A DNA stretch of 64,000 bases from Octopus vulgaris (Eukaryota): positions 17,050,001-17,114,000 of the forward strand of contig OX597836.1 of the NCBI GenBank assembly GCA_951406725.2, read 5' to 3'. The position numbers and the translations under genes are program-made. Below, piece by piece: positions 1 to 12,515 of the stretch. Below the pieces are notes generated by a model, which saw nothing but the letters and a program-made list of their open reading frames with translations, was not told the DNA's origin and made no database searches. Every line of letters begins with the position of its first letter. The first letter of the stretch is position 1.

Positions 1-889
1 GCAGTGACCATCTAGTCTTTTACTCCATAGGCACCTGTGTGGCTGTGTGGTCATGAAGCTTGCATCCCAACCATGTGTTCTTAAGTTCAATCCCACTGCA
101 TGATACCCTGGGCAAGTGTCTTTTCTACAGCTCTAGGTTAATCAAAACCTTGTGAGTGGATTTGGTAGATGGAAACTGAAAGAAGCTCGTCACACACATA
201 TTATCTAACAAGTTGTTTCCTTACTTTAGCTGTTAGAGTGTGATTGAAACCTTTAGCATCTTAAGATCAGGTTTGTTTATTCCTTCTTTTGAATTAATCA
301 TGCATTATCTCATAGCTTTGAGATTTCAATGATGTCATTGTTTATTTTTAGAATGACATTGTAGGAAAGGTGTGAAAAGCCAGATCTGTAGAATATTTGA
401 GCCAGAAAAGGCTCATTTAAATGCTAAAGGGTTGAGTAATAGTTGGCTGCTAGTTATAGCAGGTACAGCAACCATGTAAAGGTTGGTGGTGTTTGCAGGT
501 CTGTCATGAGACTTAGTAGGAGGTAATCATTCATATATGGCCCTTTCTTGGAGCACAAATTGAAGGTCCATCTCTTATATCAGACTAGTTTTTATTTCCA
601 AACTGATTCTTACTGTTGCTTCCAACAAATTCTGATAACAATCCTTATTATAACACCACCAAACTAATTAGTTAAAAAGCAGAAGTGTTAAAACCGATCC
701 TTCTGGTGGTGTAAAGCACTCACAGCGGGAGCATATAAAAGCATCAAGCCATATAAACCAGTCCAAATCAGACTGAGTCTGGTGCAGCCCCCTAGCTTGC
801 CAGCATGGACAACAGACATTAAATGATGATAAAAACAACTGTATTGGTAGAGTATAACGTTATTACAAAGTGAGGATGTGTGGGTAACT

Positions 890-1391
890 GTTTAGAGCAG
901 AAGACTTGACAGGACAAGTGAGGCCATAACCCGTGGCCTCAACCTGGGATGTAGCCAGTCCACTTATGCATTCCTTTCCTTCTTGGGACACAAAACTTTA
1001 CTTGTGAAGACATGTTGAGGCAAGTGAAAATCAAAATTGTAATCGATCAACATCAATGGAATTTGTAGCTGTGATACCAGTGCCGGTGGCACATAAGAGA
1101 ACCATCTGAACGTGGCCGTAGCCAGCGCCGTCCTGAATGGCCTCCGTGCACGTAAAAAACATCATCCGATCGTGGCCGTTTGCCAGCCTCGTCTGGCACC
1201 TGTGCCGGTGGCATGTAAAAAGCACCCACTACACTCATGGAGTGGTTGGCGTTAGGAAGGGCATCCAGCTGTAGAAACACTGCCAGATCAGACTGAAGCC
1301 TGCTGCAGCCTCCTGGCTTCCCAGACCCCAGTAGAACCGTCCAACCCATGCTAGCATGGAAAGCGGATGTTGAACGATGATGATGATGATT
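890..1391 (+). mobile_element. RTE LINE 3'UTR copy; further tails at ~3860-4087(+), 4731-4945(-), 13361-13590(-), 14748-15017(+), 17860-18328(+), 26484-26725(+), 28380-28567(+)
   Basis: Shared gtaaaaagcacccactacactc..gagtggttggcgttaggaagggcatccagctgtagaaac...aacccatgctagcatggaaagcggacgttaaa(cgat)(gat)n. Confidence 0.8.
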
Positions 1392-1466
1392 TCCAACCAT
1401 GTTTTATTTATGAACCGCTGATTCCGATTTTAATCAGGTGGATCCCAATCGGCATTCAATGTTTAA

Positions 1467-1671
1467 CCCTTTCGTTACCAACCCGGCTCTGTAGTACAAA
1501 TATCTTGTTTTCATAAGTTTTGCATCAAAATATACCACCAAACCTTAGTCGCAATTTATATTCCTAATACTAGCTTAATGATAACTAAGTTCTTTTACTA
1601 AATTCTTTGTTATATTTAAAATAATTGAAAGAAACACAGAGCATATCAAAATAAATACGGTAACGAAAGGG
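1467..1671. mobile_element. piggyBac-type MITE
   Basis: TTAA|CCCTTTCGTTACC ... GGTAACGAAAGGG|TTAA: 13-bp TIR, CCC terminus, TTAA TSD. Confidence 0.85.
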
Positions 1672-1692
1672 TTAAAAATCAGTTTTATAGAT

Positions 1693-2050
1693 GTTATTTT
1701 TAAATTTCTCCCCTGGCATGTGATGGAAGCTGTTCTCTGCACATCTTCAGTGTTTACTGCCCCTGTGCATCTGCCACGTACAAAAACTATCTTCGCAGTT
1801 AACCTTCCTTCAATTTTGCTGCATCTCTTATGAGGCCATAATTACACTGGGTACATCTTATGGAGTTTCTACCTACACCTTTCCTACAGATTGAGCAGGG
1901 CCATCTACCTGAGGGGATTTGTGGTTTACCTGCCTTCTGACTTACTAAGACTTTGGTTTTTACTAGATTGACTCTAAGGCCCTTCGATTCTAGACCTTGC
2001 TTCCACACCTGAAACTTCTCTAGATCTGGTAGTGACTCAGCTATTAGAGT
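1693..2050 (-). mobile_element. RTE-clade LINE reverse-transcriptase fragment with Cys-rich (PHD-like) insert
   Basis: WKQGLESKGLRVNLVKTKVLVS...WPCSICRKGVGRNSIRCTQC: post-YADD RT region followed by a CxxC finger. Frameshifted. Confidence 0.85.
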
Positions 2051-3288
2051 AAAACTGAAAGATAAAAGATACAGTTCTGTGGAATAATTAAAGGTAATTT
2101 CCTATTTTATGCTTGTAAAATCATAGTAATCCAAAAAGTTTATTTCAATAAAACATTTGATGATGATTTCATAATTATAAGTGATATGGAGTGTGAACAA
2201 GGAGTAAAAATCTCATTTTGAATAGAGTTTTGCCAAATGAACTCATGGAGATGGCTTGGGAAGTGCACATCGTTTTTTCCATATTGGTGGAGAATTTTCC
2301 GGGGAATTACAACCATGTTTCGTGGTCTGCTACCACAACAGCGCCTTTATAGGATCCAGTTAGCTCAAGACATCATCAGGAGGAAATACATCTGGTTTCA
2401 GCCCCTACTCCTCTACCGTTTTGACGTGGCAGGGCCCCCTCCCCTTTCGGAGGTGTCTTCAGCTCTGGTGTTGGGTGCATGTCTTCTTTCTTCTGTTCCC
2501 TGGCCTCTTCAATATATCGTCAGCGAGTGTCAGCCGGTGACTGACTGTCTTGTCAAATTTCTCCCTTTAAATACCTGCCGCATAGGCTCCAGCAGGCAGC
2601 CCCGGCAAGTTTTCACGTGACACTGTCTCACCTTAACTGACTAGTGAAGGCACGTAGTTTTAGCCTGCACTTTTTCTAAACGAACGTCACCTGTCAGTCA
2701 GCTTGTCTCACCTAATGATGTTATTTCTCGTCGGCGTGTTTATGACTTTCAAGCCATTTTTGGTCTTCCCGCTTCAGCCATATATAGAAGCTGGCTTTTT
2801 CGACTGCCTCCTGTACTCTCCTTATTAGTTTATGCAGCATCCATTAAGTCTGAGTGTGAGGACCCAAAATTTCTGTACTTGTGAACAACAACAGAATGCA
2901 TATAAATGCCATTTGTCCACTGGTAAATATTTTTATAGGAGCACCTGCCAGTGCTAATGATATGGGTGCTGGGCAAAACCCCCATTGAAGTGTGATTGTG
3001 CCAAAGCAAAGTGTTTTCACTGCAGTCCAGATCTTTGATGAGTAAACACTTTGCAGATTTATCTTTCCATGCCACCAAAAAAACCCAGCGACTTTCTCAC
3101 CACTGAACCTTGGTGAGAATTCACTCATCCACATCCACGATAATTAGGCTTGTCGTTATTGTAAATCCCTTCAATCTACTGAGAATTGTCTTCTCGCACA
3201 ACTCATGGCAGAAATTGCACCAATCAGCACAAGTGTTCTAGCTGCACTGAACCTTACAAGAAATGTCTTTCTTGTAAGGTGTCTTTAA

Positions 3289-3509
3289 CCCTTTTGTTAC
3301 CAACCCGGCCAAAACCGGCTCTGGCTCTGTAGTACAAATGTCTTGTTTTCATAAGTTTTTCATTAAAATCTTCCACCAAACCTTAGCCGCAATTTATGTT
3401 CCTAACACTAGCTGAATGATGACTAAGTTATTTTACTAAATTCTTTGTTATATTTAAAGTAATTGAAAGAAACACAGAGCATCTCAAAATAAATACAGTA
3501 ATGAAAGGG
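3289..3509. mobile_element. piggyBac-type MITE, second copy
   Basis: Same internal sequence as 1467-1671, with TTAA at 3285-3288 and 3510-3513. Confidence 0.85.
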
Positions 3510-4999
3510 TTAAGGTGGCGAGCTGGCAGAAACGTTAGCACGCTGGGCAAAATGCTTAGTGGTATTTTGTCTGCTGCTACATTCTGAGTTCAAATTCTGC
3601 TGAGGTCGACATTGCTTTTCACCCTTTCGGGGTCAATAGATTAAGTACTAGATACGCACTGGGGTCAATGTAATCGACTTAATCCGTTTGTGTGTCCTTG
3701 TTTGTCCCCTCTATGTTTAGTCTCTTGTGGGCAATAAAGAAATAAGAAATGTCTTTCTTGAGAGAAGTTGTAGGCTCAGAATTATGACAGAAGGATGAAA
3801 GGACCAAGATACCTGGTGCCTTGCTGTACTCAAGAAGATCCACACCCCACAGTAGAAGTGTTATGGCCACTCCTTCTGGTGAAGACGATTGGCTTGCAAG
3901 AGTCCTGAGCTGGTGCCACATAGAAGTGTGCGTGCAATGCCATGTAAAAGCATCCAGCACACTCTGTAAAGTGGTTGGCATTAGGAAGGGCATCCAGCTG
4001 TAGAAAACGAGTCAAATCAGACTGAAGCCTGGTGCAGCTCTCCAGCTCTGGTCAAACTCAAGGATAATGGATGTTAAATGATGATGAGATGGCTGTTTTC
4101 AAACCAACTGCTTTGACGAATGCTTGCTTTGTTTTTGCATGTATTGCAGTACCACATATTCCCATTGTTAAGGTTTCCTCCTTTAAGTCTACACTACATG
4201 TTGGGCACATGTAAAAATTCTTCAACATTCCATGGAGGACACATCAAGCAGTACAAGTCGCTGAATCCAACAGAGATTGAGCCAGCATCCTAATTGTATA
4301 CCTTTCATTGATTATCTGCTGGTCTATAAGTATTTTGTTGGGATTCACAATAAAACAAAGAACAAACTAATTGAGCTGAAATTCAGAGTAAAACAAATTC
4401 AATTTTTACGAATGTCAAATGGGAAACTGAAAGTGAAACTAGAACAAACTTGATTTTACGAACATCAAATAGGAAATTACCTGATAAAGTTTTTGATATG
4501 CTTAAAAGAACAAAGTTATTTTAAAGTTAGGTAATACTTTCTGAAAAGTGGCTTTAAAATAAAATGTGCACACACTTTTGCTCTTTCTTGCACTTCCAGG
4601 TGTTCGAGCAATGGGCTAAGGTAGAGAACCATGACATAGATGCATTTTAGTTGGTTCCTACCAAAAGTATGTAACTGTGATATGGAATTTTATCCCAGAA
4701 ACATAATGTGTACAAATAAATATTTATTTTCATCATCATCATCGTTTAACGTCCGTTTTCCATGCTAGCATGGGTTGGAAAGTTTGACTGGGGTCTGGGA
4801 AGCCAGGAGGCTGCACCAGGCTCCAGTCTGATCTGGCAGTGTTTCTACAGCTGGATGCCCTTCCTAACGCCAACCACTCAGAGAGTGTAGTGGGTGCTTT
4901 TTACGTGCCACCAACACAGGGGCCAGAGGAGGCTGGCAAATGGCAAAAAATCTGTGGAGACCACACAAATTATCCATGTATGTATAGCCTGTATAAATA

Positions 5000-5050
<51 letters not shown>

Positions 5051-6271
5051 GGGTCTATAATACCGTATACTTTAATATACCCACTCTGACAAATATACGA
5101 GCAGATATTTTTTTCAGATTCTCTAGTTTAAGCAGCCCATATAATCCCTCATAACTTCATTTTGGGGGAATTTACAGAAATTTTTTGCGAATTAGTTTTC
5201 TACTCACGGGAATTCATACGATTATGCAAAAAAATGTTTATAATTTTTTTAACCCCACCCCCACATAAATCCCAAAATTTCCCCGTTTCAAATTTTAAAA
5301 ATCATACAGGGTTACACAGTCGAAATATGGAATACTTATAAACAGTAGTATATAACAAATACATATATAAATAATAATCACTGGAGGTAATTTCGCCTTT
5401 ACTTTCTTTCTAACCTCAGTGAATGAAATAAGTCGTCACTAACATTACTAGCAATCAACATATTGGTGACATTACAGCTGCGTATAACAGGTTTATTGTA
5501 GCGTGTATAAATATTATACACTCACTATAATATACAGGGGAACATACAGACACGACTTTTTTTGTCAGATTTATTTCTACAAACAAAAGAACGTCATTTG
5601 ATGGATTTAAACACTTGATTAAGCATTTATTAGACACGATTTGTGCAGTTTTTAATGATCTGAACCCGTATGGACGAAGAACAAATGAGTGGTGGTGGTC
5701 CACATTAGATAGAACGGAATAATGTGGAGTATCTCTTTATTCTGGAGGTATCTGTGTATATAGTTAATTACATTAATGATTATAATAACAGTAGAAATAA
5801 GACGAATATCCCAGCTTGGAGTCTGGAGCTTCTGATTCTGATTTTTCAAGAGGAACCGAACCGCATGTCAAAGAAAGAACGGCAAGGCATGGACATTACA
5901 TGAATATATACACCAATGTAGAATAATCGTTGGGTTTATCGAGCAGAAGAAGTGTCGTAGGGGATAAAAATGGGTCCGCGGCAGCAGTGAAAGGCGAGAT
6001 AAAAATTGATTAAGGACGTTAAAGAGATGTAAAAAGGCTGTTCTTACCATGATGGAGATGTCGCAGAAAATGCGGCGATTGATGAGAACCACGAGAAAGG
6101 AAGAGTGCGCATGTGCTGCTACCGGTGTACACGCTTCAAACTACCTCTATGTCATAATATCCGACAGAGGTGAGAGATTGTGTATGTATATATATATATA
6201 TATATTGTATGTGTGTATATATATATTGTGTATGTATATATATATTGTGTATGTATATGTATATATATATA

Positions 6272-6310
<39 letters not shown>

Positions 6311-6492
6311 GTATATATATATTGTGTATGTATATGTATATATATTGTGTGTGTATATATATATATATATATTGTATATATATATATATATATGCGTGTG
6401 TGTGTGTGTATATATATATGCGCGCGTGTGTGTATATATATATATATATATTATAATGTGTGTGAATGTATGTATGTGTATATGTATGTTTG

Positions 6493-6540
<48 letters not shown>

Positions 6541-7355
6541 GTATGTGTGTGTGTACGTTTGTGGTGTGTGTATGGGTGTGTGATATATTCTGAATTCGAC
6601 TGCGTGATAATTAACTCACCACTCCAGATGTGGCGGAGTAGCCTAAACCTGATTTCATATGCTGCTGCTGCATGGATAACATATGATAAATAAATATTTT
6701 GAGGGGACAGAAGTGGATAAGATCTTGAAATTACTTTCCAGTTACAAACTAGGGATATATCGAAATCGATTTCCCCCTAGTCTTCACTCCACCAATCTGT
6801 TTACAAATCAATAATCTAATCACAATTTCAAATGACCGGGTGGTAATATAAACCGAGAGTAACTTAAAATTCTTTACACCGGTCTAACTCTAAGTCAATT
6901 AATTCTTGTTTGACTCATTTCACTTTTTTAATTGAAAAATATAAAAAAAAAACACTAATTGTTACAATAAATACGAAGAAAGGTTAATTTTCATTAATTA
7001 GTCATTAAGAAGTATTTTAGATGATCTTTGAGTGTAGTCAGATACATTTACTGTCTTAAACATTAACCGGAATCGTCATAGTCCGTTTGGTAGTGGTGGT
7101 CGCGGAAGAATTTCTTTTTCCTTTGGCATTGTGCTGCGGTCAACGTGTTTGACATAAAGGAATGTGTTTGGGGTCTTAAGGTGGGATTAAATGATTGTTT
7201 CAGATGGTTTGGAATTTTCTTTTATTCATTTCCCCCCGTTTATTTGTTTCAGTGATTGGACTGCGGCCATGCTGGAGTACCATAACCCGATGTTAGTTTA
7301 TTTATGCACCCCTCCCCATAACTTAGAGGTTAGACATTAGAGAAGGATAAAATGA

Positions 7356-7768
7356 GGATCTTTTCGGTTTGAACGGTAGTTTTTAAAAATAATTTCCACG
7401 TAGCTAAACACTTTTAAACTTCGAATACTGGTAGAATGTGTTTATAAAACATCTTTTTCTCTTGGCTTTATTGAGAAAATTCTATAGTTTGTAAGATATT
7501 TGTTGCTTTTTTTTCTTCAATTTCTGCAGTTTCAACCAATCAATGACGTCTATTGAGGTGAAAACATTTTGTGCCGTATGAATATGTCCCTCGTTTAAGA
7601 AACAGATTGGGTTTGTTTACATTTCTGAAGATAAAAAGATACCCTTCCCCCTACCCCGAACCCTAAAACAGATTGAAATGCAATAGATCGATACTAGGGT
7701 TATAATTATGGGTGACAATTTCATATGACACCGCTAGAAAAAAACTGCCGTTCAAACCGAAAAGATCT
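7356..7768. mobile_element. Copy of the same ~430-bp TIR element, opposite orientation
   Basis: GGATCTTTTCGGTTTGAACGG ... CCGTTCAAACCGAAAAGATC; internal sequence is the reverse complement of 53104-53531. Confidence 0.8.
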
Positions 7769-9659
7769 GAAGGATAAACTGAATAGCAGGCTTGAACAAG
7801 ATATAAGTTCTGGAGTCAATTTGTTTTACTAAAACTCTTCAAGGTGGTACTCCAGCATGGTCGCCGTCCACTGACTGAAGTCGAAAATAAAATCCAATAT
7901 TTGATATGCGTTATTGGTTTTGGGTTTGTGAGTATTTTGAAAATACCTCACAGAGGTATTTTAGGTGCAGGAGTGGCTGTGTGGAAAGTAGCTTGCTTAC
8001 CAATCACATGGTTCCAGGTTCAGTCCCACTGCGTGGCACCTTGGACAAGTGTCTTCTACTATAGCCTCGGGCTGACCAAAGCCTTGTGAGTGGATTTGGT
8101 AGACAGAAACTGAAAGAAGCCTGAAAGAAGTGGCTGTGTGGTAAGTAGCTTGCTAACCAACCACATGGTTCCGGGTTCAGTCCCACTGCATGGCATATTG
8201 GGCAAGTGTCTTCTGCTATAGCCCTGGGCCGACCAATGCCTTGTGAGTGGATTTGGTAGACGGAAGCTGAAAGAAGCCTGTCGTATATATGTATATATAT
8301 ATATATGTGTGTGTGTATGTGTTTATGTGTCTGTGTTTATCCCTCTAGCATTGACAACCGATGCTAGTGTGTTTACGTTCCCGTAACTTAGCGGTTCGGC
8401 AAAAGAGACCGATAGAATAAGTACTGGGCTTACAAAGAATAAGTCCCGGGGTCGATTTTCACGACTAAAGGCGGTGCTCCAGCATGGCCACAGTCAAATG
8501 ACTGAAACAAGTAAAAGAGAAAAAGAGTAAAGAGTATATATATGTATGTGTGTGTGTATATGTTTGTGTGTCTGTGTTTGTCCCCCCAACATCACTTGAC
8601 AACCTATGGTGGTGTGTTTACGTCCCCGTAACTTAGCGATCCTGGGGTCGATTTGCTCAACTAAAGGTTGTGCTCCAGCATGGCCACAGTCAAATGACTG
8701 AAACAAGTGTAAAGAAAAAAGAGAGTGATGACTGCCCTACATACTTACAGGTTGCCCTGCCCAGCCACCCTGTCAAGGATACGGCAAAGTCATGGGACTG
8801 CAGCATGGTGGATTGTGGAGAGGCAGCAGAAGAGCTCAACTGAGCCAGCAATGCTTCTTCTTACATTAATGCTGAGCAGAGGAATTCTAGAAGATCAAGT
8901 CAGGATCATCAAGAGAGTAACTACAACACATCCACAGGGGCGGTGTCCATGCGAGGTCGACTTTGCCTTTCATCCTTTCGGGGTTGATAAATTAAGTACC
9001 AGTTACGTACTGGAGTCGATGTAATCGACTTAATCTGTTTGTCTGTCCTTGTTTGTCCCCTCTGCGCTTTTTGGCCCCTTGTGGGTAGTAAAGAAATAGG
9101 TTCTGTAATCAGCTAATGAAAGATTCCCTATGACTCAAACTCCCAATTCAAATTCATTATAAGGAATTGGATGGTGACAGAATCATAGGAATCTGTGAAA
9201 GCAGTGAAAAGAATTATTGGTTAGGTTTGTGTGTGTGAATAGGGCTTTCTCCTTCACAAATAAAATTTTTGCCACCACCCTTCCTTATTAATGGAGAACA
9301 CAAAACTGCATCTACGTAATTCTTCTTTCTTTGCCATGATGTTTTTTTTTTCTTGACCTCCAGGACTCTTGAGACCATTTACCTGATTTAGTATTAAGTA
9401 CAGGTAACTGAGATAACAGCATTCCACTGACTAGAATGCTGGTCCATTGCAGGGTTCAAGGGCTGTAATTTTGAGGGGAGGGGGACAAGTTGATTACATA
9501 GATCCCAATACTTGACTGCTCCAGTTTTCTTTTTTGTGTTACATGGCCACTTTGCTGTGAGTGAGCATTAAGGAAGGACAGAGATCAGTGATCCAGTTTC
9601 TCTGGTCTGAAGGTTTGTCAGGGACTGAAATTCAATGTAGGCTTTCACTACAATATGGG

Positions 9660-10630
9660 AACAGCCCACTACTGCATAGAAGTGAATATGAGTGGATCGA
9701 AAAGCTTATAATGGGCAGGTAAGTGTGAAGTATGAAGAACAGGACGCCTATTGACCTGCACCACTGACATAAAGATTCAACAAGCTCAAGAGATGGTCCT
9801 GGCAAACCGACAAGTGACCGTCAATGAGGTGGCATCATCATCATCATCATCATCATCATCGTCGTTTAGCATCCGTTTTCCATGCTAGCATGGGTTGGAC
9901 GGTTCTACTGGGGTCTGTGAAGCCAGAAGGCTTCATCAGGCCCAGTCAAATCTGGCAGAAGCCTTCTGGCTTCACAGACCCCAGTAGAACCGTCCAACCC
10001 ATGCTAGCATGGAAAACGGACGCTAAACGACGATGATGATGCCACCTCATTGACGGTCACTTGTCGGTTTGCCAGGACCATCTCTTGAGCTTGTTGAATC
10101 TTTATGTCAGTGGTGCAGGTCAATAGGCGTCCTGTTCTCTGAAAATTAGTCATGGTCTTGTATATGAAATCATTCACAACAAGCGTTGCTTTTGTAAAGT
10201 TTTGTGCAAGATGGGTAAGAAAAGAGCTTACCCAAGAGCATGAGTGCAATCACATGGAGATCTGTCAGTGCTTACTTGACCATTACAGTGATGAAGGTGA
10301 AGCTTTTTTGGAGAGAATGGTCATAGGAGATGAGCCATTTTTGAGCCAGAACCCAGAAGGCAAAGTATAGGGTGGAAAGACCTGGGACAGCCAGCGAAAA
10401 AGTAATTTGAGACTCGGCTTTCCACAGAAAGCAGTGATACTAATCACTTTTTTTTAATGCAAAAGGGCCTATACTAGGACATGACATGGAAAAGGGATCT
10501 ACAGTCACCAGTGTAAGCTACAGGAAAATGCTGGCCAACAAACTGAAATCAGCAATTCACACCAAATACCAAGGTCTGTTGTCAAAGCAAATGTTATTGT
10601 GCCCACACATGGCCACCCACACCGTTGATA
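9660..10630 (+). mobile_element. Decayed mariner (Tc1/mariner) transposase remnant, interrupted by a LINE-tail insertion and an inverted duplication
   Basis: Frames read RTGR..TCTTDIKIQQAQEMVLANRQVTVNEVA / KISHGLVYEIIH / FVKFCARWVRKELT / LERMVIGDE (WVP-like motif and first catalytic D region). Frameshifts and stops present. Confidence 0.85.
9736..10138. repeat. Long near-perfect inverted repeat (arms 9736-9934 and 9958-10138, 23-nt loop)
   Basis: Right arm is the reverse complement of the left arm, apart from one substitution and the (CAT)n copy number. Confidence 0.95.
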
Positions 10631-10714
10631 TCATAGAAAAACCTTAAGTCTCTGATTCAGCCAGAAGATGAAATAAAATGCAAATCAGTTGGAAGATAGT
10701 AATAATAATAATAA

Positions 10715-11260
10715 TAAATGCCCTGATGCAGTACCAGGCAGTGGCTCTCATGGCTTATGATCTTAACTGATTGGAAATGTTATCAAGTACATTGTTTTGT
10801 TTTGGTATAGAAGATGGGCTACAGCAAATATTCTGCTCAATACCACAGATTTGCTTGTCAATTGTTTGACCGTAACCAGTTGAGCATGTCCCTTGGTGGC
10901 TGACGATATGTGCATCTCTCATCACGAGCAGAAGTAGTGGGAGAGCATCATAGCCATGTGTTGAGAGGAATTCTTTGGAGTTTGGATAATTCACCTCTAG
11001 AAACATGGGTGTTTTGTTCAACATCCTTAAACAATCCTTGTTTAGGGTCCTTTTGAGTGGGATGGACTACTGGACCTGAAAAAATTATAACTGGGCCCCA
11101 CCTGTGCTGTTAATCTTGATATCAGATCACAATGTCGTGCACATATGGTTGTGATGCATGTGCCTAGTGTACCCTTATCAGACAGGTAGCTATGATGGGT
11201 ATACTGGGCTTTGTATATTTTACCCCAGAGAGAGCATGCACTGCTCTCTCACTGAATGAT
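10715..11260. mobile_element. Unclassified ~550-bp interspersed repeat; second copy at ~56229-56665
   Basis: Shared gatgggctacagcaaatattctgctcaataccacagattt...catagccatgtgttgagaggaattcttt...aactgggccccacctg. Flanked by (TAA)n/(TGA)n. Confidence 0.75.
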
Positions 11261-12469
11261 AATAATGATGATGATGATGGTGGTGGTGGTGGTGGTGATG
11301 ATGATGATGATAATGATGATGATGATGATGATGATTCCTAATCTTGGTACAAAGTCAGCAATTTTGAAGGGAGGAGTAAGTTAATTATATCAACCCCACT
11401 AATTGACTGGTACTTTATTGACCCCACAAAAGAATGAAAGGAAAAGTTGACCTCGGTGGAATTTGAACTCAGAACATAAAGACAGAAGAAATTTCACCAA
11501 GTATTTTGTCTGGCATGCTATTGGTTCTGCCAGTCCGCTGCCTTCTTCATGCACATAGTATTGATGTATTGATCACAATGGTATATTCAATCTCTTCTTT
11601 GAGTTTTCCATTTTCTCTCAATCATTTTTTCACCCAAAACCTGGCTCTACTGGAACTGGAAATAATCTTGTATCTTTAGAAAATATCCAACAAAATTATA
11701 TACCAGCATTCACATTGTTATTATTATTATTGTTGTTGTTGTTTAACCAGAGATTGTTAATTGCATAAAATCCCAATTAACTGTTGCGTTTGTGTGATCA
11801 TGCTGGTTACCAAATTCCCATTGGAAAATCATGAAAGACATTCCTGTATCTGACGGATGATGGTGACTTCAATGACTTTCAGATTTAATGTTTCATGATG
11901 TTACTACCATGTTTAAGCTTGGTTTACAAATTTTCTGATTTTAAAATTGATATTTTTTGCATTTGCTTTCTATAATACTTTAGATGCTGCCTATGAAAAT
12001 AAATTTATCTGTTTTTCTTTTTCCTTTTATTTAACCTAGATTTTTAGGTCACAATGTCCCTGTATGTTATAAGGGACTGAGGCAATGAAAAGGGTTGATG
12101 TCAGAAAGGATATCATTCATTTCTTTGTTTCTATCATACAACGATACCACTTATATGTCAGGGATGCTCGTTTACAGCTGTTACATGATCTCAAGAGAGG
12201 AGGAGACACTGATACACAGATGGACACACATGCGTGGCTGCATGGTAAGAAGTTGGATTTTCAACCACATAGTTCTTGGTTCAGTCCCACCATGTGGAAC
12301 CTTAGGGAAGAGTCATTTACAATAGCCCTTGGCTGACCAAAGCCTTGTGAATACATTTAGTTGATGGAAACTGAAAGAAGCCTGTCACATATATATGAAA
12401 TAATATACAATAAATGCGCTCTTTTAAAGCCTATATATATATAATGGGTTCTGCCAGCTCACCATCTTA

Positions 12470-12515
<46 letters not shown>

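Noticed and set aside
2237-3134. ORFs of 82-127 aa in non-microsatellite sequence
   Set aside because: No recognisable homology; probably decayed retroelement or intronic DNA.
4577-4672. Plus-strand acceptor (ttccag) with nearby donor-like sites
   Set aside because: The longer candidate exon has stops in at least two frames and the donors are weak; not enough support.
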